Positions 36,943-47,568 are shown, counted from the first letter of the stretch. The stretch: 64,000 bases of DNA from Alphaproteobacteria bacterium (GCA_016869765.1 VGES01000007.1:13708-77707); one strand, 5' to 3'. Numbers and translations: made by a program. The notes: generated by a model not told the origin, from the letters alone.

Positions 36943-37878
36943 GTGTCGCGATCGACGAGAAAACTGACGGTCCTTGTCCCCGTCTATTTCAACGCTCCGA
37001 CACTTGAGGAACTGGCTCGCCGTTTGCGGGACGCCGAGAAGACGCTCGGAGAGATTGGCGTCGAACTTGAGCTGATCTTCGTCGACGACGGCTCGAAAGA
37101 TCAGTCGCTCGATGTATTGGGTCGCATCAAGTCGGAGCGGCCAGCCACAGTCGTTATCAAGCTGAGCCGGAACTTCGGCGTGATCGCAGCGCTGAAAGCA
37201 GGCTTGAAGTACATGACCGGCGACGCCTATATCGCGGTAAGTGCCGATTTGCAGGATCCCATCGAACTGATCGTTCCCATGGTGCGACACTGGCTCGATG
37301 GCGCGAAATTCGTGATTTGCGCACGAAACAGGCGTGACGATCCGGCAATGACACGCCTCTTTGCCGGGACGTTCTACTGGTTTGTCCGTCGCATGGTGTT
37401 TCCGCACTACCCAAGACGGGGCTTTGACCTAGCCCTGCTAGACAGGTCGCTCGCCGTCGAGCTCCGCGACACAGGAAAAAACGTCAATGGAAATATGCTG
37501 GCCTACTGGTTGGGCTATGAACCGGTGGTGATCCGTTACGATCGGCCAGCGCGCGAGATCGGGCGGTCACGGTGGTCTTTCGCGAAGCGGTTGATCTTGT
37601 TTATCGATTCGTTGGTCGTGTTCTCGCCGGCTCCGATCCGGCTATTGGGGGGCATCAGCCTTTTCGTCGCAGTGTTGGCGTTCGTTTACGCCCTCTTCAT
37701 GGTCATGGCCGCTGTCGTCGGCGACCGGGAGGTGCCAGGTTTTGCGACGATCGTGGCGCTCATCGCATTTGTCGGTGGAATGCAACTCGCGCTTCTCGCG
37801 CTCATCGGCGAATACATCTGGCGCATCTACGATGACATCAATCGTCGACCCGAGGCGGTTATCGAGCGTGTACTGTGA
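36943..37878 (+). CDS. Glycosyltransferase family 2 with C-terminal TM helices (GtrB/ArnC-like polyprenyl-phosphate glycosyltransferase)
   Basis: LTVLVPVYFNAPTL...FVDDGSKDQS plus two C-terminal hydrophobic helices (LLGGISLFVAVLAFVYALFMV...). Confidence 0.75.
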   Translation: MSRSTRKLTVLVPVYFNAPTLEELARRLRDAEKTLGEIGVELELIFVDDGSKDQSLDVLGRIKSERPATVVIKLSRNFGVIAALKAGLKYMTGDAYIAVSADLQDPIELIVPMVRHWLDGAKFVICARNRRDDPAMTRLFAGTFYWFVRRMVFPHYPRRGFDLALLDRSLAVELRDTGKNVNGNMLAYWLGYEPVVIRYDRPAREIGRSRWSFAKRLILFIDSLVVFSPAPIRLLGGISLFVAVLAFVYALFMVMAAVVGDREVPGFATIVALIAFVGGMQLALLALIGEYIWRIYDDINRRPEAVIERVL

Positions 37879-37886
37879 GTTCGCTC

Positions 37887-39935
37887 CTATCGCTCGAGGC
37901 GGATGCGCTCTCGAAGAGCCGGGTACGGCGCTGTAGCTAACTCTCGGGCGACTCGATGGCCGGCGTAGACCGCCGCGGCAATCGTCCCAGGCGCGTTGCA
38001 ATCGCCAGCGCGGGTGATCGATTTGAACGGACGATTCTCTTCCGGAATGGCGTCGAGGGTGGCATAGAGTTCTACCCGCGGAACCCGCGCTGTCACCAGG
38101 ACGGTGGTTGCGGCCTGAAGGGCAAACTCACGAGCCGTCGTTAGATCCGTCACCCGGACCGAGTCGTCTGCGATCGAGCTCAACTGGTGGCGGCGATGGA
38201 TGATGATCCCGAGGAACTTCAGTCGTCGCTCGATCGCTCCCAATTCCAATGTCCATGCTGTCCACGCAGACGGAGCCGCTTCCGGGGTCACCAAGATTGT
38301 GACATGACCCTCGGAGCGGAATTTCTCGGCCAGCACCCCCCCTAAATAGTAATGGTCGTCGTCATAGATGACGACCGGACTGGTCACGATTGCGCCAGAA
38401 AAGATGTCATCGGGAGTGAGAATGCGGGCGCCGGGGCTAACCGGCGGGGCGACTCGCAAGGAACGTCCTAGCCCGTCCCGTCGCCACCGCGCGCCAGTTG
38501 CGATCACCACCCGCTCTGGTGCGGCCTCCAGGACGTAGTCGGCGTCAATGGTACTCGAAGGGTAGACCGCAACATTCGGTTGTTGCCGAATCTGGGACAA
38601 CCGATAGTCCCGAACCCGACTCCAGCGAGCGAGGCCTGGAAGCCGCGCCTCACGCGTTACGCGACCGCCCACCTCGTCGGAAGCCTCAGCCAGCGTCACG
38701 TCGAAGCCGCGTCGGCCCAACGTTAGGGCACACTCGAGCCCCGTCGGTCCACCTCCGACGATCAGGACCGTCCCTTTCGAATCTCGGCGAATGATCTCCG
38801 GGTGCCAATCGCGTCGCCATTCTTCACCGGCCGTAGGGTTCTGCGTGCAACGCAACGAGACGCTGCTTCGGTGAGCAGCAACGCAGATGTTGCACCCAAT
38901 GCACTCACGGATGTCGTCGAGGCGGCCCTCGGCGATCTTCCTGGGTAGAAACGGGTCGGCGATGGAGGGCCGGGCGGCCCCGATCAAGTCGAGCACGCCC
39001 CGTCTTATCTGCGATACCATGGCGTCTGGCGACGTGAACAAGCCGACGCCGACCACGGGTTTGGACGTCAGGCTTTTCACGAAGCGCACGTAGGGCTCTT
39101 GAAACCCCTCGTCCGCGAACCGTGACGATTGGGAATCGTTGGCCCAGTTGCTCAGATTGACGTCCCATAGATCCGGTAGCTCCGCGAGCATCGCAACGAT
39201 ATCGCGGCCCTCTCCGTCGCAGGAAATTCCGGATGGGCCGAGTAGTTCGTCGACGGCGAGGCGAACAGCGACGGCGCTGCGGTCACCGACCGCATCTTTT
39301 GTGTCTTCGATCAACTCTCTTAGCAGCCGGACTCGATTTTCCAAGGGGCCGCCGTACTCGTCCGATCGATCGTTGTGGCGCCGGGACAAGAAGTGCATCG
39401 GAAGCGTGGCATCATGCACGGCGGCGACGTAGATGATGTCAAAGCCGGCGCGCTGAGCGAGCTTTGCCGCACGGCGGTGGCTCTCCCGAATGGCCCGTAG
39501 GTCGGCTCGGTCGATGGCCCGTGGCTGGATCGGGTCGAGGCGACTTGGGAACGGCAGGCAACTTGGCCCCATCGTGATACCGCGTGAGTCCCGATTCGCG
39601 GCCACCGGCCCATAGTGCATCAGTTCGACTCCCGCGAGTGCGCCATGGCGATGGATGCCGGCCGCGATAGCGGCGGCGAGCGGCAGGTCACCATCGTCCC
39701 AGAGCTGGAGTCCAACGGAAGGAGAGATGTCGACGTCGGGCTCGATAGACGTTTCTTCGGTGCATACGACTCCCCATCCACCCTCGGCTTTGATCTCGCG
39801 CAAGCGGACAAGAGCGTTGGCTCGAGCGGAGCCCATGCCGTTGCAATGGGGAACCTGATAGAAGCGGTTCTTGGCCGTAACCGGGCCAATTCGAATCGGT
39901 TCGAAAAGCACGTCGAAACGCGGGTCCCGCGTCAT
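37887..39935 (-). CDS. NADH:flavin oxidoreductase (OYE-like TIM barrel) fused to FAD/NAD(P)-binding domain (2,4-dienoyl-CoA-reductase/TMADH-like)
   Basis: N-terminal FYQVPHCNGMG, 4Fe-4S CIGCNICV, and C-terminal dinucleotide fold VLIVGGGPTGLECALTLGRRGFDVTLAEA. Confidence 0.75.
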   Translation of the reverse strand: MTRDPRFDVLFEPIRIGPVTAKNRFYQVPHCNGMGSARANALVRLREIKAEGGWGVVCTEETSIEPDVDISPSVGLQLWDDGDLPLAAAIAAGIHRHGALAGVELMHYGPVAANRDSRGITMGPSCLPFPSRLDPIQPRAIDRADLRAIRESHRRAAKLAQRAGFDIIYVAAVHDATLPMHFLSRRHNDRSDEYGGPLENRVRLLRELIEDTKDAVGDRSAVAVRLAVDELLGPSGISCDGEGRDIVAMLAELPDLWDVNLSNWANDSQSSRFADEGFQEPYVRFVKSLTSKPVVGVGLFTSPDAMVSQIRRGVLDLIGAARPSIADPFLPRKIAEGRLDDIRECIGCNICVAAHRSSVSLRCTQNPTAGEEWRRDWHPEIIRRDSKGTVLIVGGGPTGLECALTLGRRGFDVTLAEASDEVGGRVTREARLPGLARWSRVRDYRLSQIRQQPNVAVYPSSTIDADYVLEAAPERVVIATGARWRRDGLGRSLRVAPPVSPGARILTPDDIFSGAIVTSPVVIYDDDHYYLGGVLAEKFRSEGHVTILVTPEAAPSAWTAWTLELGAIERRLKFLGIIIHRRHQLSSIADDSVRVTDLTTAREFALQAATTVLVTARVPRVELYATLDAIPEENRPFKSITRAGDCNAPGTIAAAVYAGHRVARELATAPYPALRERIRLER

Positions 39936-40678
39936 CTTCGGTCACACATCGGGGATGATCGTTCCGGAGGTCCCTCGGCATTCGCTCGGGCGAGCACAAA
40001 GTACTGGATCGCCGCGTATTCATCGAGGTGGTGAGCGATTCGATCGAGCGCTTCGATCAGTTGGTCGGTAAGGCGCGCCATCGCATCGTTCGGCAGGGGC
40101 TTAAGCAATATCCCTTCCCGATGGACGACCTGAAATCCGGCAGAGGCGGCAATGCGCTCGACTTCTTCGCGGTCGAATGGTCTCGTGCCATGGCGAACGT
40201 TCGCGGCGCTGAGATCGTGAAAGCTTGCGATTAGACCCATTTCGACCGCCAACAGTCGGTGAAGGGAACGGGGATTGTTGACAGTGACGTGAACTAGGCC
40301 GCCTCCTGAAAGTAGCGGCCTCATGTTTCGGAGGAAGCGTCGCTGATCGGAGAGATTGCCGAACAGACTCGTAGCTACGACGTGATTGAACGTAGCGTCA
40401 CTCGAGAAATTCTCAGCATCGCCCTGGTGAACGGCGACGTTGCTCAACCCCCGGCTACGCAGCTTGTCGACGTAGGCCGGTGACCGCTCCACGCTGGTGA
40501 TCGAGTTGACCAGGGGCGCGATCATCGCGGTCATCAGGCCGGTCGCCGCACCCATCTCGAGCACGCGGTCCGGCGGCCGTAGCCAACGCCGAATTCGATC
40601 GGCCGTGAATTTCGTGAACCAACGGTCGAAATCCGCGTCCGGGTCGTAGTCATGGGAATAGTCAAGGACAGGGTTCAT
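39932..40678 (-). CDS. Class I SAM-dependent methyltransferase (paralog A)
   Basis: VLEMGAATGLMTAMI motif I. N-terminal LDYSHDYDPDADFDRWF is shared with the 42241-43005 paralog. Confidence 0.65.
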   Translation of the reverse strand: MNPVLDYSHDYDPDADFDRWFTKFTADRIRRWLRPPDRVLEMGAATGLMTAMIAPLVNSITSVERSPAYVDKLRSRGLSNVAVHQGDAENFSSDATFNHVVATSLFGNLSDQRRFLRNMRPLLSGGGLVHVTVNNPRSLHRLLAVEMGLIASFHDLSAANVRHGTRPFDREEVERIAASAGFQVVHREGILLKPLPNDAMARLTDQLIEALDRIAHHLDEYAAIQYFVLARANAEGPPERSSPMCDRR

Positions 40679-42165
40679 AGCCTGCGATCGAGCGATGTTG
40701 CGGCGTTGATCGTGGTCTGCCGACGTCGTTGGTACCAGAGCTCGCCAAGGGCGGCAGCCACAATAACCTGGAAGAAGACGTAAGGCGGCAGTGACAGTCG
40801 TGGGTCGTCATGCCCCAAGACAGTCACTAGCATCGTCCTGACGATTGCAAAGGCGAGGGCGATCGAAGCGAGTTGACGTAACGGCGGACTACCGAGTTTT
40901 CCGAGAAGCACCGCTACGAGCAAAACAAGAACGACCAATCGGTAGACGGTGAGTCCACCCTTGATGGCGAAGCTGAGAGGCGACGAAAGGACAACCTCCG
41001 CTTTGCCAATCCATGTGGCTTCGGCAAGCTGACGTCTCACGTCCGGGCCGACTTCCGCATTCCACCCGATGCTTGCACCGGGGGAGAGCCACATCGAGAG
41101 CGTCCGCTTCAACGGCAACATGACAAAGTGAAAGAAAGGCGCAGCTGACCTTCGAGCCGTCGCGAGTTCAGCAAAAGCGGCGTCCAATTCATCGGGGAAC
41201 GGGGCGCCATCGTGATCTCCAAGTCGACGCAGCAAGTCGGACGTCAGCAGCTGCTCATCGGGCGAACGAAAGATGGTTGTCGGGACCACGATCTCCGAAT
41301 AGCGGCGATTCGCTACCGGGTATGCCGCCGCAGCGCCGTCGTAAAGGTCGTAAGTCCAGGTTGCCAGCCAGCCGTAATACCCCCCAGCTTTGTGTGTTCC
41401 AGCACCATAGTCTGGCATCGGCATCACGCTGAGCCCGACCATCACGTTGCGGGCCGTCCAAACCGCGATCGGCAACGAGAACACGAGCGCGACGACTGCG
41501 CCACGCAAAAGGGCCCGCCTGATCGGGACTCCTATGAAAACCGCCAAGGCGACGCAGATCGTCAGGGCCACGGCGTCATAGCGCACAAAAAATGCTGCGG
41601 CGAGAACGATTCCAACGCGAACTAGATGCCAGCGACCATCCCTGATCGCATGAATCAGTTCGGCCAAGACCCAAGCAGTGAGGGCGATCGAAATGGCTTC
41701 GGTTAGGATGAAGCGGGGCCACGCGATGTGTAACGGGGACAATGCGACGATGAGCGTAGCCGCTTTGCCTGCAGCGGGATTGGCCGTGACCCTGGAGATC
41801 GCGGAGCCCACGAGTATCGCCGTTCCGACCAGTGCGGTCGCTTGAACCACGACCATTGCTTGCGCAAAGTCATGGGTGTTTGTGGAGAGGTCGCCGCCGG
41901 CGATGGCGAGAATCGCGGCCAGAACCAGGGGGTAGCCCGGGAACTGATTGCCGCCCCAGTGGGGTACGCATTCGCCTGTGCTAGGGTCCGAGACGGAAAC
42001 GCAGTTGTGGAGGTAGATGTTCTTGGCAACGATCAGGTATCTCTCACTGTCGCCGCCACCTGCCGTGAACGCGAAGCCATAGGCCACCATTCCCGACAAC
42101 CCAAGGAACAAGATCACCAGCAGGAAGCCGTTGCCGGCAAGAAACTCGACTCTTCCGCTGCGCAT
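40675..42165 (-). CDS. Polytopic membrane protein, GT-C-like (ArnT/PMT GT39/83-like) glycosyltransferase, putative
   Basis: More than 10 TM helices with periplasmic-loop composition. Start moved to the ATG at 42165 (MRSGRVEF...), because the ORF-track start leaves only 6 nt between it and the divergent methyltransferase start. Confidence 0.45.
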   Translation of the reverse strand: MRSGRVEFLAGNGFLLVILFLGLSGMVAYGFAFTAGGGDSERYLIVAKNIYLHNCVSVSDPSTGECVPHWGGNQFPGYPLVLAAILAIAGGDLSTNTHDFAQAMVVVQATALVGTAILVGSAISRVTANPAAGKAATLIVALSPLHIAWPRFILTEAISIALTAWVLAELIHAIRDGRWHLVRVGIVLAAAFFVRYDAVALTICVALAVFIGVPIRRALLRGAVVALVFSLPIAVWTARNVMVGLSVMPMPDYGAGTHKAGGYYGWLATWTYDLYDGAAAAYPVANRRYSEIVVPTTIFRSPDEQLLTSDLLRRLGDHDGAPFPDELDAAFAELATARRSAAPFFHFVMLPLKRTLSMWLSPGASIGWNAEVGPDVRRQLAEATWIGKAEVVLSSPLSFAIKGGLTVYRLVVLVLLVAVLLGKLGSPPLRQLASIALAFAIVRTMLVTVLGHDDPRLSLPPYVFFQVIVAAALGELWYQRRRQTTINAATSLDRRL

Positions 42166-42240
42166 TCGCTCCCTACGGTCCGGGTATCGAGCTTCCGAAG
42201 CTGTTTCCGAGGCGTCGTCGCGGCAGGGTAGCATGGACCG

Positions 42241-43005
42241 ATGAACAGCGGTTTCGATTACGCAGGGGTCTACGACCCTGAGACGGACTTTGACCGTTGG
42301 TACGCGATCCTGGTGGCGCGGCGAGTGACTCCTTGGATCCGACCAGGAGATCAGGTGCTCGAATACGGCTGTGCAACGGGATTGATGACTGAGCGACTCC
42401 TCAACGCGGGTGCCATCGTGGATTGCTTGGATCGTTCGTCCCAGTACCTGGACACTCTCAAATCGAAAGGCCTATCGGTTCGGCGGATCGTTCTCGGTGA
42501 CGCAGAAGGTTACGAGACCGATCGTTGTTACGACCATGTCGTCGCGACCGCGCTTCTCGCCAATTTGGAAGAACCAGCGGAATTCTTGAAGCGAATTCGA
42601 ACACAACTTGCGCCACATGGGAAACTGCACGTTACGGTAGCGAATCCTCAATCCTTGCACCGCCTTCTCGCGGTCGAAATGGGTCTTATCCGGAATGTCA
42701 GCGAGCCGAGTGAGCGGGACAAGTTGCTGCGCGCTCGTACAATCGACTTGGATGCACTATTGACGATGGCAGAAACCGCGGGGCTTGCGTGTCATCACCA
42801 AGGGGGAGTCTTGCTCAAGCCCTTTCCCAACGCGATGATGACGCAGTTTCCGGATTCGATGATCGAGGGACTTGACCGCCTGGCAACTCTTTTTCCCGAG
42901 TTTGCCAGCGTCCACTATCTCATTTTTGCGAACTCTGCGTCGACGCAAGTCTCGAGCTCAGGAACTCGCCGACGTTTTCGCGACGTGTCGACGGCCTCCA
43001 GTTGA
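42241..43005 (+). CDS. Class I SAM-dependent methyltransferase (paralog B)
   Basis: VLEYGCATGLMTERL. N-terminal FDYAGVYDPETDFDRWY aligns with paralog A. The 3' end is possibly over-extended, since it overlaps a convergent membrane ORF by 86 nt. Confidence 0.65.
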   Translation: MNSGFDYAGVYDPETDFDRWYAILVARRVTPWIRPGDQVLEYGCATGLMTERLLNAGAIVDCLDRSSQYLDTLKSKGLSVRRIVLGDAEGYETDRCYDHVVATALLANLEEPAEFLKRIRTQLAPHGKLHVTVANPQSLHRLLAVEMGLIRNVSEPSERDKLLRARTIDLDALLTMAETAGLACHHQGGVLLKPFPNAMMTQFPDSMIEGLDRLATLFPEFASVHYLIFANSASTQVSSSGTRRRFRDVSTASS

Positions 43006-44053
43006 GGCGCATGAACACAACTGTCAAGAAAAATAGAAGAGGAAGATAGCTCGTACGATACCTTATCGCCGACCCCCCGTTCATTATCCCCAGAGGGTAG
43101 GTTGCGAACAGCAACAGCAAAACACCAAACGCTGCGATCCAGAAGCTGAACAGCGGGGCGCGAAGCGCACTCCGAAGCATGACAAGGCTCATGACGAGGA
43201 TGAGCGCAATGCTCTCCCAAAACGCGGCTAAGCGGAGAAATCCCTGACTGGTCTCCTGCCACGTCGGGCCAACAAACGCTTGTAACATCCCCTCCGGTGC
43301 CTTGATCAAGACATCGCTAGGATCGTGCCAAAACGCCGGGCGAGATCCGCTTTGTCCGGCGAAATGCGGGACGATCTGCAGCGCTAGCTTCCCAACTGTG
43401 TCCTGTAGCGCAATGAGAAGAGCGAGCGCAATGAACGCCCCGAGCAGTACCGACAGCGCGCGCTGCCGTACAAATCGTTGCAGGTATCCGCCCACGAGAA
43501 TGAGGCCGACTGCCGGTACGTAGTGAACCTTGAAAATGGCGATTGTGGTAATCGCGACCACATACACGAGTCGCAGGCGACCCCGCCCCTCGAACAATTC
43601 GATCAGGTACGCTATGCAAAATCCAAGTGCACCGACGACGAGGGCTTCCTTGCCTGCCACAGAAGACCAAATTGTAAAGGACGGTGTCATCAAGAGTCCG
43701 AAAACCAGAAGACGTCCCCTGGGTTCCACGCGACGCAGGAATGCTACGAGCCCCATGAAAGCAATTGTCTGGAAGACGAAATTCGCCAAACTTGCGCTTC
43801 CACCGGTCGCATAGTTGAGCAGGAGGCCAAGGCCGTCCGCAATGGCCGTCGAAAGCGTCCACGTCGATGCGCCAGACAGCTCGAATTCCGATCCAAGTTG
43901 GTAACGCGAGGAGTCGCCGAGCGAAGTAAGTCCAGAGACAACGTTCTGCGCGACAAACGAATAGAGCGCCCTATACAACCAAAGCACACAATAGAGAGTC
44001 CACCAGATGCGCCGGGACCTTGTTGACTCGAAGAAGGAGGGTCGGACTGTCAT
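42920..44053 (-). CDS. Polytopic membrane protein, possibly O-antigen polymerase/ligase-like
   Basis: 377 aa, about 10 TM helices. No motif-level assignment. Confidence 0.35.
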   Translation of the reverse strand: MTVRPSFFESTRSRRIWWTLYCVLWLYRALYSFVAQNVVSGLTSLGDSSRYQLGSEFELSGASTWTLSTAIADGLGLLLNYATGGSASLANFVFQTIAFMGLVAFLRRVEPRGRLLVFGLLMTPSFTIWSSVAGKEALVVGALGFCIAYLIELFEGRGRLRLVYVVAITTIAIFKVHYVPAVGLILVGGYLQRFVRQRALSVLLGAFIALALLIALQDTVGKLALQIVPHFAGQSGSRPAFWHDPSDVLIKAPEGMLQAFVGPTWQETSQGFLRLAAFWESIALILVMSLVMLRSALRAPLFSFWIAAFGVLLLLFATYPLGIMNGGSAIRYRTSYLPLLFFLTVVFMRLNWRPSTRRENVGEFLSSRLASTQSSQK

Positions 44054-44334
44054 CGTTCTACGTTTGTCAATCTTCTACGTCTTTGCACACCGCGCCAAGT
44101 CGGTTGCACGTCCAGTGACGCGCCCGTTGCGGTATGCCAAGCCGCGGTGGAATGACCGGCTCAATCCGGCAGATCCGCGCCGGCGTCGGCTGGCAGCAGT
44201 TGCCGGGAGCGCCGGACATATTCGATCGCGGAGAAGACCCACGAGCCCGATCAAAAGCGACGGCCAGCGCCTGCCTACTTGGCCCATGCGTCAGGAAGGT
44301 TATCAACGAGCGGCCGTAGTATTCCGGCAACGAG

Positions 44335-44363
44335 AACATGCCCTTCTGCCGAAACATGCCCTT
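44335..44363 (+). promoter_or_regulatory. Perfect 11-bp direct repeat AACATGCCCTT x2 in the rmlB operon leader
   Basis: Copies at 44335-44345 and 44353-44363 (18-bp periodicity), about 250 nt upstream of the rmlB ATG in a 560-nt non-coding leader. Confidence 0.3.
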
Positions 44364-44613
44364 GAGCCCCAAGCGCAATCGGCCGCCGCTTGTCGAACAC
44401 GTAGGATCGAATCGTCAAACCTGTCGCACCTCGGCGGCTATTCTCCCAAGGGGCTCACGTTCCGGCTACGGTGAACCAACGCAGCGCTTGGCTTTGAGCG
44501 GTCGATACACCTCACCCAGGCAGAAGTATGGCGCGGATACGCGAAAGACCAGTCGAATTGGCCCCGGAAAACGTGCTAGGGCCTGACTGAGGTACTCCAT
44601 TGCGACAGTTCAG

Positions 44614-45684
44614 ATGAGAGTCTTGGTCACAGGCGGCGCTGGCTTCATTGGTTCCGCAGTCGTGCGGCGGATGCTGTCCGACCCGGCGACCGTCGCCGTA
44701 GTCGTCGTCGATAAGCTGACCTATGCCGGTCATCGGGTCAATCTGACGCAGGTCGAGGGGAACCCGCGCTACGCCTTCGTTCAGGCCGACATCGTCGACG
44801 GGGCGGCAATGGCAGCTGTCTTCGATGAGCACCAACCCGACTCAGTCATGCACCTGGCGGCCGAGTCCCACGTCGACCGATCCATCGACGGACCGCGACC
44901 TGCAGTCGAGACGAACGTCCTTGGGACGTTCACGTTGCTTGAGGCCGCTCGCGCCTATTGGGGCCAGATGAAGGGTGAGCGGCGCGATCGTTTCCGTTTC
45001 CACCACGTTTCGACGGATGAAGTGTTCGGCAGCTTGGGGCCGGAGGGAGTGTTCACCGAAGCCTCGACCTACGACCCGCGCTCGCCTTACTCCGCCAGCA
45101 AGGCCGGATCCGATCACCTCGTAAGAGCTTGGCATCACACGTACGGTTTGCCAGTTGTCGTGAGCAACACGTGCAACAACTATGGGCCGCGGCAGTACCC
45201 CGAAAAGCTCATCCCCGTCCTCATCGGTCGTGCACTGACGGGTGAGCGACTGCCGATCTACGGCTCGGGTACCAACGTCCGCGATTGGATCTTCGTAGAG
45301 GATCACGCCGAAGCATTAATCGCCATTCTCCAACGCGGCCGAGCCGGAGAGTCCTACAACGTCGGCGCACGCGCAGAACGCACCAACAATCAGGTCGTCG
45401 AGCTGGTATGCCGCATGCTCGACGAGTTGATTCCGCAATCCACGCACCGCCCGCACAGACAGCTCATCGAGTATGTGGCCGACCGTCCGGGACACGATCA
45501 GCGCTACGCGATCGACCCATCGAAGGTGGAGCGCGAATTGGGCTGGCGACCGAAAGTAAGTTTCGAACAAGGGCTTCGCATGACTGTGGAATGGTACATC
45601 TCCAACCAGGAGTGGTGCCGTGTCGTCACGCGGGATCGCTATGATGGCGGTCGATTGGGGGTCACTGCAGGGTATCGGCGATGA
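44614..45684 (+). CDS. rmlB: dTDP-glucose 4,6-dehydratase
   Basis: [31 protein letters not shown] catalytic YxxxK, and the typical 356 aa. Confidence 0.85.
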   Translation: MRVLVTGGAGFIGSAVVRRMLSDPATVAVVVVDKLTYAGHRVNLTQVEGNPRYAFVQADIVDGAAMAAVFDEHQPDSVMHLAAESHVDRSIDGPRPAVETNVLGTFTLLEAARAYWGQMKGERRDRFRFHHVSTDEVFGSLGPEGVFTEASTYDPRSPYSASKAGSDHLVRAWHHTYGLPVVVSNTCNNYGPRQYPEKLIPVLIGRALTGERLPIYGSGTNVRDWIFVEDHAEALIAILQRGRAGESYNVGARAERTNNQVVELVCRMLDELIPQSTHRPHRQLIEYVADRPGHDQRYAIDPSKVERELGWRPKVSFEQGLRMTVEWYISNQEWCRVVTRDRYDGGRLGVTAGYRR

Positions 45685-46559
45685 CGCGCCGCGGCATCAT
45701 TCTGGCCGGTGGTAGCGGTAGCCGCCTCTATCCGGCAACGCTTGCGGTGAGCAAGCAACTGCTACCGGTCTATGACAAGCCGATGATCTACTACCCGTTG
45801 ACCACCCTGATGATGGCGGGGATCAGGGAAATCCTTCTCATTACGACGCCTCGTGACCAAGCCGCGTTTCAGGCGCTCCTGGGCGACGGAACGCAGTGGG
45901 GCCTGGAGATTTCATATGTTGCTCAACCCAGGCCCGCTGGGATTGCCCAAGCGTTTCTCCTTGGACGGTCGTTTGTTGGACGGAGCCCCGTGGCGCTGAT
46001 TCTCGGCGACAACCTGTATTTCGGCGACGGTCTCCGGCTCCATCTACAACGGGTCAGCGAGGATGCTGGCGGTGCCACGGTCTTCGCGTACCAGGTCCGG
46101 GATCCGGAGCGCTACGGTGTGGTCGAGCTCGATGCATCGGGTCGAGCCATAAGCATCGAAGAGAAACCAATCAAACCCAAGTCGCGACTCGCGGTGACGG
46201 GGTTGTATTTTTACGATCACAACGTGGTGGCGATCGCCGAGTCCTTGCGGCCCTCGGCGCGCGGTGAACTCGAGATAACGGATGTCAACGCCCAATACCT
46301 CGCCGCTGGTCAACTCAAGGTCGAAGTGCTAGGGCGCGGCATCGCGTGGTTGGACACCGGGACTCATCAGGCATTGCTGCACGCTCAACAGTTCGTCGAG
46401 GTCGTAGAGACTCGGCAGGGGCTGAAGATCGCATGTCCGGAGGAGATCGCGTGGCGGATGGGCTACATCACAGCCGCCCAACTCGAGGCGCTGGCGCAGC
46501 CGTTGGTGCCGAGCGGGTACGGCGCTTACCTGCTCGACTTGCTCCGATACTCGCCCTAA
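45681..46559 (+). CDS. rmlA: Glucose-1-phosphate thymidylyltransferase
   Basis: [36 protein letters not shown] is essentially the RmlA signature. Confidence 0.9.
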   Translation: MTRRGIILAGGSGSRLYPATLAVSKQLLPVYDKPMIYYPLTTLMMAGIREILLITTPRDQAAFQALLGDGTQWGLEISYVAQPRPAGIAQAFLLGRSFVGRSPVALILGDNLYFGDGLRLHLQRVSEDAGGATVFAYQVRDPERYGVVELDASGRAISIEEKPIKPKSRLAVTGLYFYDHNVVAIAESLRPSARGELEITDVNAQYLAAGQLKVEVLGRGIAWLDTGTHQALLHAQQFVEVVETRQGLKIACPEEIAWRMGYITAAQLEALAQPLVPSGYGAYLLDLLRYSP

Positions 46560-46569
46560 ACATGGCGCG

Positions 46570-47568
46570 ATGAAAGCGATCGTCACAGGCGGCAGCGGTT
46601 TCATCGGCAGCCATCTCGTCGACCTGTTGCTGGCCAAGGGCCATGATGTCGTGGTCATCGACAACCACAGCACGGGTCGGGCGGCCAATCTCGCCCATGT
46701 CCACGATCGCATTCGCCTCGTCGAGGCAGACATTGCCCAGGGCGGGCGTTGGCAAGCCGAACTGACGAGCGGTTCTTGGGTTTTCCACTTGGCGGCGTTG
46801 GCCGACATCGTGCCATCGATCCAGAACCCCGAAGGCTATTTCCGAGCCAATGTCGATGGCACGTTCAATCTTCTCCGGGCAGCACACTCCGCCGGCATTG
46901 GACGCTTGGTCTACGCTGCATCGTCTTCGTGTTATGGCATTCCCGATGCCTATCCGACGCCGGAATCGGCGGAGATGCGACCGCAGTACCCTTACGCGCT
47001 CACCAAACGTTTGGGGGAGGAGCTCGTTCTGCATTGGGCCCAGGTCTACAAACTCCCGGCCCTATCCTTACGGTTCTTCAACGTCTATGGCCCGCGATCC
47101 CGCACGTCCGGCACCTACGGCGCGATGTTCGGCGTTTTTCTCGCCCAGAAGCTGGCGGGGAAGCCGTTTACGATTGTCGGTGACGGCACGCAGACGCGGA
47201 ATTTTACCTATGTGACCGACGTGGCGGAGGCGGTTTATGCGGCGGCGAGCAGCCGCGTTGTCGGTGAAGTATTCAACGTCGGCAGCGGCGCCACCGTATC
47301 GGTGAACCGTATCGTCGAGTTGCTCGGTGGTTCCGCGGCGTATATTCCGAAGCGGCCGGGTGAACCCGATATGACGTTCGCCGACATTTCGAAGATCGCG
47401 CGCGCCATCGGTTGGCGGCCGCGTATCCCGATCGAGCGGGGCGTCGCGGAGCTGCTGCGCCATATCGACTACTGGCGGGAAGCCCCGGTGTGGGAGCCCG
47501 CCTCGATTGCGGAGGCCACCCGAGATTGGTTCCGGTTCCTCGGTGGCAACGACGCGGGGCGACGATGA
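46570..47568 (+). CDS. NAD-dependent sugar-nucleotide epimerase/dehydratase (short-chain dehydrogenase/reductase family)
   Basis: MKAIVTGGSGFIGSHLVDLLL and YALTKRLGEEL (YxxxK). Confidence 0.75.
   Translation: MKAIVTGGSGFIGSHLVDLLLAKGHDVVVIDNHSTGRAANLAHVHDRIRLVEADIAQGGRWQAELTSGSWVFHLAALADIVPSIQNPEGYFRANVDGTFNLLRAAHSAGIGRLVYAASSSCYGIPDAYPTPESAEMRPQYPYALTKRLGEELVLHWAQVYKLPALSLRFFNVYGPRSRTSGTYGAMFGVFLAQKLAGKPFTIVGDGTQTRNFTYVTDVAEAVYAAASSRVVGEVFNVGSGATVSVNRIVELLGGSAAYIPKRPGEPDMTFADISKIARAIGWRPRIPIERGVAELLRHIDYWREAPVWEPASIAEATRDWFRFLGGNDAGRR

Noticed and set aside
42920-43005. 86-nt convergent overlap between methyltransferase paralog B and the membrane-protein ORF
   Set aside because: Most likely an over-extended 3' end of one ORF in high-GC DNA (the methyltransferase tail ...TRRRFRDVSTASS looks like read-through) rather than a genuine long overlap.
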